Shown: piece after piece, positions 1 through 8,067 of the stretch
How positions within the stretch are numbered: position 1 is the stretch's first letter
Layout: each line of letters starts with the position of its first letter
NCBI RefSeq assembly: GCF_000284455.1
Contig: NC_017039.1
Coordinates: 780,001 to 812,000 of the forward strand
Origin: Synechocystis sp. PCC 6803 substr. PCC-P
GTDB lineage: Bacteria; Cyanobacteriota; Cyanobacteriia; Cyanobacteriales; Microcystaceae
DNA: 32,000 bases
Direction of reading: 5' to 3'
The notes under the pieces: generated by a model
Seen by the model: only the letters and a program-made list of their open reading frames with translations
The model's database searches: none
Told to the model about the DNA's origin: nothing
Made by a program: the position numbers and the translations under genes

Positions 1-63
1 CACTACATTACCGGACAAACTTTCCTAGGCGATCGCCTTTTGCCCCGGCCGGACAGCCGTTAA
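1..63 (+). CDS. 3' end of an unidentified upstream gene (partial, runs off the left edge)
   Basis: Frame 1 is open from the window edge to TAA at 61-63 (...HYITGQTFLGDRLLPRPDSR*). It is too short to identify. Confidence 0.25.
   Translation, partial: HYITGQTFLGDRLLPRPDSR
29..36. repeat. HIP1 octamer GCGATCGC; one example of more than 20 copies in the window
   Basis: Exact palindrome GCGATCGC. By eye, other copies are at about 1167, 2250, 2392, 4982, 5347, 5820, 9150, 10438, 12904, 14745, 14891, 16195, 16555, 18846, 20230, 21712, 22938, 24765, 24836, 25022, 26739, 26851, 30132 and 30774. Confidence 0.9.
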
Positions 64-193
64 AACCATGCACTCCATGGGTCAAGGTAGAATGGGCCAG
101 GATAAGTAATCCATTGAACTAACGCGATCTTCGTAATTCTCGATAACTTTTTTACCCATCAAACCACCGCCTTGCCCCCTTGCCCCATAAGTC

Positions 194-1549
194 ATGAGTG
201 AAGTTTCTCTGCGTCCCGCCAAAATTAGTACTGTATTGCCGGGGTCCCTGGGGGAAGAAATGGGCTTTGAGCCGGGGGATGCCATTGTGCGTATTAATGG
301 TCAGGCACCGAGAGATTTGATTGATTATCAATTTCTCTGCGCTGACGATTATTTGGAATTGGACGTATTGGACAGTCAGGGAGAATTACATGAACTGGCG
401 GTAGAAAAGGAATTCGATCAGGATTTGGGACTGGGGTTTGAAACGGCCCTATTCGACGGGCTGATCCAGTGCAATAACCGTTGTCCCTTTTGTTTCATCG
501 ACCAACAACCGCCGGGGAAACGGGAGAGTTTGTATTACAAAGATGATGACTATCGCCTGAGTTTTCTCTACGGCAGTTATCTCACTTTGACTAATTTGAG
601 TGCCAAGGAATGGCAACGCATAGAACAGTTAAGGCTTTCTCCCCTCTACGTTTCCATCCATGCCACGGAAGCATCGGTGCGGGAAAGATTGTTAAAAAAT
701 CATCGGGCCGGTCAGATTCTTGACCAGTTGGCTTGGTTCCAAGCTAGAAGATTACAGATCCACGCCCAGGTGGTGGTTTGTCCTGGTGTTAATGATGGTA
801 AGCACTTAGAGCAAACTTTGAGGGACTTAGCCCAGTTTCACCAAGGGGAAACCCCAGCGGTGATTTCAGTGGCGGTGGTGCCGGTGGGTCTAACCCGTTT
901 TCGTCCCCAGGAAGATGAGTTAAGCCCCGTTGGTCAAGCTAAAGCCACGGAGGTAATTGCCCAGGTTCAAGCTTTGCAAAAGGAATTTGCCCAGCAACTA
1001 GGTGGTAACTTTGTTTGGTTGGCCGATGAATGGTTTCTCATTGCCCGTCAACCTTTGCCACCGGAAAGCCATTACGAAGACTATCCCCAAATTGGCAACG
1101 GGGTAGGGTCTATCCGTCAATTCATTAAGGAGTTTCAACAACAAGCTGCGGAATTTCTCCCCCCGGCGATCGCCGAAGCCAAGACGTTGACCTGGGTAGT
1201 GGGCAATGCTGTAGAACAAGCGTTTGAGCTACTGGTGGAACAGTTAAATCAGGTAAAGGGTTTAACAGTTAATTTAGCGCCCTTAAACAGTGACTATTGG
1301 GGTCAGGAAATTACGGTGACGGGACTATTGACGGGGCAGGATTTAATCGCTAAATTGGCAGGCAGAGATTTAGGGGATGGTATTCTATTGCCTGCTCTGA
1401 TGTTGAAACATGATGATACTCGCTTCTTGGATGACCTCCGGGTGGCCGATGTGGCTCAAAAGTTGGGCACAACCATTTACCCTGTGGCTGATGTGGCCAG
1501 TTTGTTGGAACATTGTGTTCAGCCCATGGCTGTCTCCCGCCATTGCTAA
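194..1549 (+). CDS. PDZ-domain / radical-SAM-like Fe-S protein (DUF512-type, cyanobacterial conserved, function unknown)
   Basis: 451-aa ORF with an ATG start. The N-terminus is PDZ-like (GSLGEEMGFEPGDAIVRINGQ). It carries the CxxxCxxC radical-SAM cysteine triad in CNNRCPFCFIDQ. The layout matches the conserved cyanobacterial DUF512 family as I remember it. Confidence 0.8.
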   Translation: MSEVSLRPAKISTVLPGSLGEEMGFEPGDAIVRINGQAPRDLIDYQFLCADDYLELDVLDSQGELHELAVEKEFDQDLGLGFETALFDGLIQCNNRCPFCFIDQQPPGKRESLYYKDDDYRLSFLYGSYLTLTNLSAKEWQRIEQLRLSPLYVSIHATEASVRERLLKNHRAGQILDQLAWFQARRLQIHAQVVVCPGVNDGKHLEQTLRDLAQFHQGETPAVISVAVVPVGLTRFRPQEDELSPVGQAKATEVIAQVQALQKEFAQQLGGNFVWLADEWFLIARQPLPPESHYEDYPQIGNGVGSIRQFIKEFQQQAAEFLPPAIAEAKTLTWVVGNAVEQAFELLVEQLNQVKGLTVNLAPLNSDYWGQEITVTGLLTGQDLIAKLAGRDLGDGILLPALMLKHDDTRFLDDLRVADVAQKLGTTIYPVADVASLLEHCVQPMAVSRHC

Positions 1550-1820
1550 AAAACCCCGTTAATTTTTCTTACCCATGGGGAAGTTTGCTGGTTCAATAGG
1601 CCGAGTTGTAGTCGGCAGTCTATCTTGAGAACAATTGTTTTTACATGACAGATAGTGGGCTAAGAATAACTTTGCTCAAACCATTTGGTAAAACTGCTCA
1701 ATGGACGAGCCGATTTTCACCCCGGCTTTAAACGTCATGCACCAATCTCTGATTTACTGGTTTATTCATCTATCAATTCCATAGGCTTTTTGCTTCATCG
1801 CTCCAACTAACTTTTCTGGG

Positions 1821-3266
1821 ATGTCCTCCATGCCCCCCGTGCCTAGCTTACCGTCCACCGATGCCGTTATTCCCCCCGGCAATTTTGTTGAACCTCCCAC
1901 TTCTCCGGTGGTCATTCTCAAGGAGTTGGTGGCTAAGTTGTACCGGGAACAAAATAAAGTGCAGGATCTGTTGGGGGCCATGGGCTACGCCCTGCGGAGT
2001 TTACATAATCTGAATCAGTTTCTGGAATTGACCCCTCTGATGGCCACCAGGGTCACCGATGCCGATGGCAGTGCTTTAGTTCTAATGAGAGAGGGGGAAA
2101 TATCTATCTTTGAACAAATCCATGGCCACAAAAATAGTCTTAAGGGCACCATTAAAGGCGCTTTGCAGAAGGCCCGCCAGGTTAACCTCACATTGGATTC
2201 TTCCACTGTCCTGAGTTATTTTGACCGTCAATTGCGCCAAGAATTACCGGCGATCGCCTGTTATAACACCCCCATTTTGAGTCACCAAGAGGAAGTGGGC
2301 CGCTTATATATCTTTAGTCAAGATCGTAACTATAGCTGGACTCCCACCCGTCGTAAGTTACTACAGCTAATTTCTGATCAAACCGCTGTGGCGATCGCCA
2401 ATAGTGATTTAAACCAAAAGTTGAGATCCAGAGAAAGTCAGGATCGGGAATTGGAAATTGCTTCAGAAATTCAAAATCAACTATTGCCCCGTTGTTGTCC
2501 CCAAATTAATGGTTTGGACATTGCTGCCCAGTGTAAAACCGCCAGTCGGGTAGGTGGGGATTACTACGATTTCATTCCTGCCAACTATGACCAACTGCGC
2601 CAGGGGGATTGGTTATGTCGTAACACAAGCCATTTGGGGGTGCCCTGGAGTATTGTCATCGGCGATGTCATGGGTAAAGGAGTACCGGCGGGTCTAATTA
2701 TGACCATGACTAGGGGGATGCTGCGGGCAGAAGTGCTGAACCGCCATAGTCCAGCCCAAATTCTTAACCACCTCAACCGGGTAATGTATGCCGACCTGGA
2801 AAATTCCCATCGCTTTGTCACCTTGTTTTATTCTGAATATAACCCCGAAACGAGCATACTTTCCTATAGCAACGCCGCCCATAACCCTCCCCTATTGTGG
2901 CGGGCCGGCAGTGACAGCCCCCAATGTTTAATTCCCCTGGATACGGAAGGAGCTTTAATCGGCTTGGAGTCGGATTCCAATTACCGGGATGCCCAGATTC
3001 AGCTTGTTCCCGGGGACGTGGTTCTGTACTATACCGATGGTCTGACCGATGCGGGCAATGCCAAAGGCGATCGATTCGACGACAAAAATCTCCGCATTGC
3101 TTTCCAACGGGCCTGTGAAACCGCCCAAACTGCCCAGGGTATCCTTACGGAAATTTTCACTTCGGTGGAAGCATTTGTGGGCTCAGACAATAGTCATCAA
3201 ACCGATAAAATCCCCGCCCGAGACGATATGACATTGGTCGTTCTGCGGGTAAAATCGACGGAGTGA
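1821..3266 (+). CDS. GAF-like sensor domain fused to a PP2C/SpoIIE-family (RsbU-like) protein serine phosphatase
   Basis: 481-aa ORF. The C-terminal half has SpoIIE/PPM hallmarks: ASEIQNQLLP, VGGDYYDF, GDVMGKGVPAG, YYTDGLTDA and DDMTLVVLRV. Confidence 0.85.
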   Translation: MSSMPPVPSLPSTDAVIPPGNFVEPPTSPVVILKELVAKLYREQNKVQDLLGAMGYALRSLHNLNQFLELTPLMATRVTDADGSALVLMREGEISIFEQIHGHKNSLKGTIKGALQKARQVNLTLDSSTVLSYFDRQLRQELPAIACYNTPILSHQEEVGRLYIFSQDRNYSWTPTRRKLLQLISDQTAVAIANSDLNQKLRSRESQDRELEIASEIQNQLLPRCCPQINGLDIAAQCKTASRVGGDYYDFIPANYDQLRQGDWLCRNTSHLGVPWSIVIGDVMGKGVPAGLIMTMTRGMLRAEVLNRHSPAQILNHLNRVMYADLENSHRFVTLFYSEYNPETSILSYSNAAHNPPLLWRAGSDSPQCLIPLDTEGALIGLESDSNYRDAQIQLVPGDVVLYYTDGLTDAGNAKGDRFDDKNLRIAFQRACETAQTAQGILTEIFTSVEAFVGSDNSHQTDKIPARDDMTLVVLRVKSTE

Positions 3267-3562
3267 GCCTTACTGTTTGGGAGTCAGCGTCTATGTGGCA
3301 GTTTACAGAAGTAATTTCAATCTTTGTACCATCTGACTGGCTGGGACACAGTTATATCCACTGGCAAATGTCTCAAATAATTTCTTTTCCTTGGCTGACG
3401 GACAGTATGGTTTTTGCTCAGAATATCAGTGCGATTAAATCCATTGATATCCTCGCTGACTTCCAAAATGCCTGGAATAATTTTATCCAGTCTGGGCAAA
3501 TTTGGGCTTTGATTATTGGTTTTGTGCTTGGTTGGGGCATACGGGGTTTCACTGGTGGTTAA
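3263..3562 (+). CDS. Hypothetical small protein with a C-terminal hydrophobic helix (start uncertain)
   Basis: 99-aa ORF from a GTG that overlaps the phosphatase stop by 4 nt. Internal ATGs (MWQF.., MSQII.., MVFAQ..) are alternative starts. The C-terminus IWALIIGFVLGWGIRGFTGG looks like a membrane anchor. I recognise no family. Confidence 0.35.
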   Translation: MSLTVWESASMWQFTEVISIFVPSDWLGHSYIHWQMSQIISFPWLTDSMVFAQNISAIKSIDILADFQNAWNNFIQSGQIWALIIGFVLGWGIRGFTGG

Positions 3563-3633
3563 TATTTTTCCCCTCTCAAACTAACTACTCCGCCATCATT
3601 TGCTAACTATCACAACGAAATCCCCCCATCCCA

Positions 3634-5019
3634 ATGACAAAAAAAACCTGGAGCGATCGTTTTGAAGGCACATTGCACCCCGCCATTGCCCTGTTTAATG
3701 CCAGCATTGGTTTTGACATTGAACTAATCGAATATGACCTGGATGGCTCGATCGCCCATGGCAAAATGTTGGCCAAGACGGGCATTATCAGCCCAGGGGA
3801 AGCAGAACAGCTAGTGCAGGGCTTGGAGCAAATTCGCCAGGAATACCGAGCCGGTAATTTCAATCCAGGGGTAGACCAGGAAGACGTTCACTTTGCTGTG
3901 GAACGCCGATTAACAGAATTGGTGGGGGATGTGGGCAAAAAACTCCACACTGCCCGTTCCCGCAATGACCAAGTAGGAACCGATGTTCGTCTTTACCTGC
4001 GTGCCCAAATTGATGACATCCGCCAACGGTTAAGGGATTTTCAAGCAGTGTTGCTCCAACTGGCGGAAACCAATGTGGAAACCTTAATTCCCGGCTACAC
4101 CCACCTACAACGGGCCCAACCGGTCAGTTTGGCTCACCATCTACTGGCCTATTTCCAGATGGCCCAACGGGATTGGCAACGGTTAGGGGAAATTCGAGCT
4201 AGAACTAACGTTTCTCCCCTCGGTTCTGGGGCTTTAGCAGGAACAACTTTTCCCATCGATCGCCATTACAGTGCCGAATTGTTGGGGTTTGCAGGGGTTT
4301 ACGCCAACAGCTTAGATGGGGTGAGCGATCGGGATTTTGCCATTGAATTTCTCAACGCCGCCAGTTTGATCATGGTGCACCTCAGTCGGCTGAGCGAAGA
4401 AATGATCCTCTGGGCTTCCCAGGAATTTAGCTTTATCAGTTTGACCGATAGCTGTGCCACAGGATCAAGCATTATGCCCCAAAAGAAAAATCCAGACGTA
4501 CCAGAGTTAATTCGGGGTAAAGCCGGGCGGGTGATGGGTCATCTGCAAGGAATGCTAGTACTGATGAAAGGTTTGCCCCTGGCCTATAACAAGGATTTGC
4601 AGGAAGACAAGGAAGCCCTGTTTGATGCAGTAAAAACGGTGCAAGTGAGCCTGGAAGCCATGACCATTTTGCTTGATGAAGGTATTGTTTTTCGTCAAGA
4701 ACGGTTAGCGGAGGCGGTGGCGGAAGATTTTTCCAATGCGACGGATGTGGCGGATTACTTGGCGGCTAAGGGAGTCCCCTTCCGGGAAGCTTATAATCTG
4801 GTGGGCAAGGTGGTTAAAACCAGTTTGGCGGCAGGGAAATTGCTCAAGGATTTAACCCTGGCGGAATGGCAAGCGCTCCATCCCGCTTTTGAAGAGGATA
4901 TTTACCAAGCTATTACCCCCCAGCAAGTGGTGGCGGCACGCAATAGTTACGGGGGCACGGGCTTTGAACAGGTGAAAATGGCGATCGCCAATGCCAAAGC
5001 TGAATTAAGCCAGACTTAA
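3634..5019 (+). CDS. argH: Argininosuccinate lyase
   Basis: 461 aa. It has the fumarate-lyase superfamily signature [15 protein letters not shown], an ArgH-typical N-terminus (WSDRFEG...) and [10 protein letters not shown]. Confidence 0.97.
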   Translation: MTKKTWSDRFEGTLHPAIALFNASIGFDIELIEYDLDGSIAHGKMLAKTGIISPGEAEQLVQGLEQIRQEYRAGNFNPGVDQEDVHFAVERRLTELVGDVGKKLHTARSRNDQVGTDVRLYLRAQIDDIRQRLRDFQAVLLQLAETNVETLIPGYTHLQRAQPVSLAHHLLAYFQMAQRDWQRLGEIRARTNVSPLGSGALAGTTFPIDRHYSAELLGFAGVYANSLDGVSDRDFAIEFLNAASLIMVHLSRLSEEMILWASQEFSFISLTDSCATGSSIMPQKKNPDVPELIRGKAGRVMGHLQGMLVLMKGLPLAYNKDLQEDKEALFDAVKTVQVSLEAMTILLDEGIVFRQERLAEAVAEDFSNATDVADYLAAKGVPFREAYNLVGKVVKTSLAAGKLLKDLTLAEWQALHPAFEEDIYQAITPQQVVAARNSYGGTGFEQVKMAIANAKAELSQT

Positions 5020-5020
5020 A

Positions 5021-5470
5021 TTGGTGTGGAGATATGCCCAGGTTTTCATTAAGTTACTGCTCCGTCGTCCCCTATCAGCAGTGACGGTAATTCCGGTTCT
5101 ATCAGATAGTTCCATAGTCCTAGTCAAACGACGGGATACAGGGCAATGGAGTTTACCAGGGGGGCTGATCGACTGGGGGGAAACAGTGGCAATAACGGCC
5201 GCCCGAGAGTTACAGGAAGAAACTGGTTTACGGTTGATAAAAATAGATCGCCTGCTTGGGGTCTATTCCAGTCCCGACAGAGATCCCCGCATGCACTCCG
5301 TCACCATTTCCCTGGTGGTTAAAGCGCAAGGTGATTTGCTCATTGGCGATCGCCAGGAAATATCCGAAGTAAAAGCTTTTGCGGTGGAAGATTTACCGTT
5401 AGGAGCATTAAGCCATGACCACGATCAACAACTACAGGATTTTTTACGGGGGGAAACAATCATTGCTTGA
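5021..5470 (+). CDS. Nudix (MutT-family) hydrolase
   Basis: The Nudix box GGLIDWGETVAITAARELQEETGL fits Gx5Ex7REUxEExGU. The ORF starts at TTG 5021 or GTG 5024, 1-4 nt after the argH stop, so the exact start is uncertain. Confidence 0.85.
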   Translation: MVWRYAQVFIKLLLRRPLSAVTVIPVLSDSSIVLVKRRDTGQWSLPGGLIDWGETVAITAARELQEETGLRLIKIDRLLGVYSSPDRDPRMHSVTISLVVKAQGDLLIGDRQEISEVKAFAVEDLPLGALSHDHDQQLQDFLRGETIIA

Positions 5471-5559
5471 TTCCCTGCATTTCTTATTGAGCAAATATTT
5501 TGTATAAATCAGCTAAGTTTTCGACAAGGTCTTTGATACCCATCCCCTATGTTCAATGG

Positions 5560-5716
5560 TCGGGGAACTGGTCCAAATTGGCGATCGTCTCTCATCCGAT
5601 TTCCCTAAGTACACCAACTGCTCAATATCTGAAGCTTTAAAATCAGGTTTTTATAAAGTGGCGATCGTTTGCTCAATCTACTTTTGTAAATCCTGTTCAT
5701 AAAGAGTTTTAGCCAT
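5560..5716 (-). pseudogene. Decayed DUF29-like gene fragment
   Basis: The minus-strand reading from ATG 5716 gives MAKTLYEQDLQK*IEQTIATL*KPDFKASDIEQLVYLGKSDERR. This resembles DUF29 N-termini as I recall them (LYEQDFY.W..Q....L...DF..LD.E.L.EE.E.LG.S.KR). It is broken by two in-frame stops and loses similarity after a HIP1-like GACGATCGCC. Confidence 0.45.
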
Positions 5717-5876
5717 TATAACTACCTTCTATATCAGGGCAATTCAATCCCAGTTGCTTTAGCATAGCGTTTAGTGTTCCAGTTTTTAGTTCATCACTAG
5801 GATTTCGCACAATGGTCAGGCGATCGCTTCTACACTGGGATTACGCACAGTCGCATATTTAACATCAAAGATAATT
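5709..5876 (-). pseudogene. 5'-truncated HicA-like (YcfA-family toxin) remnant with a short internal duplication
   Basis: The minus-strand frame ending at TAA 5709-5711 reads ..LTIVRNPSDELKTGTLNAMLKQLGLNCPDIEGSYNG*. Compare the E. coli HicA C-terminus ..PRHPCDEIKEPLRKAIIKQLGLS. A second partial copy (IIFDVKYATVRNPSVEAIA*) lies just upstream in another frame, across the HIP1 site at 5820-5827. There is no start codon or N-terminal third. Its stop overlaps the ATG of the DUF29-like fragment (ATGGCTAA). Confidence 0.5.
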
Positions 5877-8067
5877 TAAATGGGCTAAAATAGCAAAATT
5901 ATCAAACATTAGGTAAGCTATGATTGAAGATAATCAGTCCCACAATGAAAATATTAAAGAATATCTTAATTACTATAAAAAATTAGATTCTCCTGGTTTC
6001 GCCATTCTTTTAAAAGGTGAATGGGGATGTGGAAAAACCCATTTTATCAAGAATTATTTTCAATTGGAAGACAAAGAAAATAATGAAAGTTTTAATTTTA
6101 AAAAGAAATATTTTTCATTAAAAAACAATCAGCATAAGGAAAATTCAAAAGCAATATATATTAGTTTGTATGGAATTAAGGATATAGAATCTATTGATAT
6201 TCTCATTATACAAAAACTTATACCCATCTTGGCAGATAGGAAAATTCAATTAACTGGCTCTGTTATAAATATTCTTTTAAAATCTTCATTGAAAATTGAT
6301 TTAAAAGACTTAAAAAATACTAAAATTTTAAATGAGTTTACAAATCTAGATAATAAAATTCTAATCCTTGATGATTTAGAAAGGTGTAAAATTGACATCA
6401 ATGATCTACTTGGTTATATTAATTTTTTTGTTGAGCATCAAGCACTCAAAGTTATTCTTATTGCTGATGAAGATAAAATTGAGGGAAACATAATTCAGTC
6501 TTATGAAACAAAGACATTTGACAAAATCAAAGAAAAGGTTATAGGTAAGAGATTTACTGTCAACACATCCTTTAATAAAGCTTTTGAACAATTTTTAAAC
6601 TTAGTTTGTAAAGATGAACAAGAGAAAACATATTTATCTAAAAAACGAGACTTTATTAAAGAGCTATTTGAAACTAGTGACTCTAATAATTTAAGGACAT
6701 TGAAATCAATAATTTATGATTTTGATCGTATTTATTCTTATTTACCTGAAAAAGCCTTAAATAATATTGATTTTCTTGATGATCTATTAAAGTCTCTGAC
6801 CATTCTATCTATAGAAACTAAACTAGGTAATCTCCCAGAAGACCAGATAAAAATATTAAGCGATATATATGGTGAATATTCTTCAAATATTGCTTCAAAT
6901 TACACAAAAATAAGTGAAAAAGTAAAAGAAAACTATAAATATGAACATTTTTTTACGTTTTGTCATCGATTACAATACAAATATGTTTTCAGTTTTGAAT
7001 ATTTTTTGCCTAATTATTTATGGTGGGGAGAATTTTTTGAACATGGCATAATTGACAAGCAAGCTTTGTATCATACATTCATCAACAGTAAGTATTATGT
7101 TAGTCAAGACTCTGAATTATGGCTTAAGCTTTATCACTATGATCGAATTGAATCCGATGAAATATTTGATGAATTAATAAATATTGCTATTGAGAAAATC
7201 AAAAATAGGGATCAATTTGAACATATTGGAATTTTTCTACATGTCATTTCTCTCTTAATATTTTTCTCTAAAGAAGAGTTAATTTCAGAAGATATAAGTA
7301 TGCTAATTCAAATGGCAAAGGATTATATTCAACATTTTTCAATCACGAATGAAACTCGATTTTGGCAGGAAGTTCTAGAAATATCCAATTTTTCTTCAGA
7401 AACATATTTTGTACAATATAAAGAACTTGCGTTTACTAGTGACAATGACTCATATTTCGAAGAAATCAAGTTAACTATTGCAAGAAAAATGCGTTCTATT
7501 TATAATAATAACTATCTAAAGAAAATTAATCAAATTTTAGATACTAATCCTTTGAATCATTACCCACACATGAATCTTGCCGAATTAATCTATCGAAAAA
7601 ATGACGAAATTGAATATTTTCTCCCTAAAGAAGAGTTTCTAAATAAAATTGACGTCAAAAAATCAACTGATTATTTTTTAAAGATAAGCTCTTTTCAACA
7701 AGGTCATATTCTTTATTCAATTTTTAATTATTTTCAGTTGCTATATCACCATAATGAACACAAATCATGTATTGGCTATGAGGCTTGTTTTATCTGTGAA
7801 TTTTTAATTGTAGTTGAGTATAGAAGCATTGAGGCAATTCAAGAGAACAACAGGTTAAATAATCATAAAATCCAAAAAAATTTAAATAAATATTTAACTG
7901 TTAAAACAACTCAGGCTTTAGGCGCATTTATTGTATATATTATTGATTATTATATTTCTCTTATTAGGCAATACAAGAAATATATTGCTTATTCTCCTGC
8001 TATTGTTAATAAAATAAATAAACTCATAGGAATAATGTTTTTTAATCAAAAACCTGATAGCTTTTAA
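5860..8067. other. AT-rich, HIP1-free compositional island (probable horizontal acquisition)
   Basis: Base composition drops abruptly to clearly AT-rich at about 5860, with long A/T runs and Asn/Lys/Ile/Tyr/Phe-rich coding. It returns to host-like composition right at 8067. There is no GCGATCGC between 5828 and 9149. No integrase, transposase or flanking direct repeats are visible. Confidence 0.65.
5920..8067 (+). CDS. KAP-family P-loop NTPase (uncharacterised, 715 aa)
   Basis: Walker A is LLKGEWGCGKTHF (6016-6039), the GxWGxGKT form typical of KAP NTPases. Walker B is KILILDDLERC (about 6355-6384), matching the KAP DDLDRC-type motif, followed by LKVILIADEDKI. A long helical Asn/Lys-rich C-terminal region follows. 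AGGT lies 6 nt upstream of the ATG. Confidence 0.8.
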   Translation: MIEDNQSHNENIKEYLNYYKKLDSPGFAILLKGEWGCGKTHFIKNYFQLEDKENNESFNFKKKYFSLKNNQHKENSKAIYISLYGIKDIESIDILIIQKLIPILADRKIQLTGSVINILLKSSLKIDLKDLKNTKILNEFTNLDNKILILDDLERCKIDINDLLGYINFFVEHQALKVILIADEDKIEGNIIQSYETKTFDKIKEKVIGKRFTVNTSFNKAFEQFLNLVCKDEQEKTYLSKKRDFIKELFETSDSNNLRTLKSIIYDFDRIYSYLPEKALNNIDFLDDLLKSLTILSIETKLGNLPEDQIKILSDIYGEYSSNIASNYTKISEKVKENYKYEHFFTFCHRLQYKYVFSFEYFLPNYLWWGEFFEHGIIDKQALYHTFINSKYYVSQDSELWLKLYHYDRIESDEIFDELINIAIEKIKNRDQFEHIGIFLHVISLLIFFSKEELISEDISMLIQMAKDYIQHFSITNETRFWQEVLEISNFSSETYFVQYKELAFTSDNDSYFEEIKLTIARKMRSIYNNNYLKKINQILDTNPLNHYPHMNLAELIYRKNDEIEYFLPKEEFLNKIDVKKSTDYFLKISSFQQGHILYSIFNYFQLLYHHNEHKSCIGYEACFICEFLIVVEYRSIEAIQENNRLNNHKIQKNLNKYLTVKTTQALGAFIVYIIDYYISLIRQYKKYIAYSPAIVNKINKLIGIMFFNQKPDSF

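Noticed and set aside
82-285. 67-aa minus-strand ORF overlapping the 5' end of the PDZ/radical-SAM gene
   Set aside because: It overlaps a well-supported plus-strand gene and its upstream region. It has no motif or RBS and the sequence is low-complexity (Pro/Gly/Arg-rich). It looks like a typical antisense artefact.
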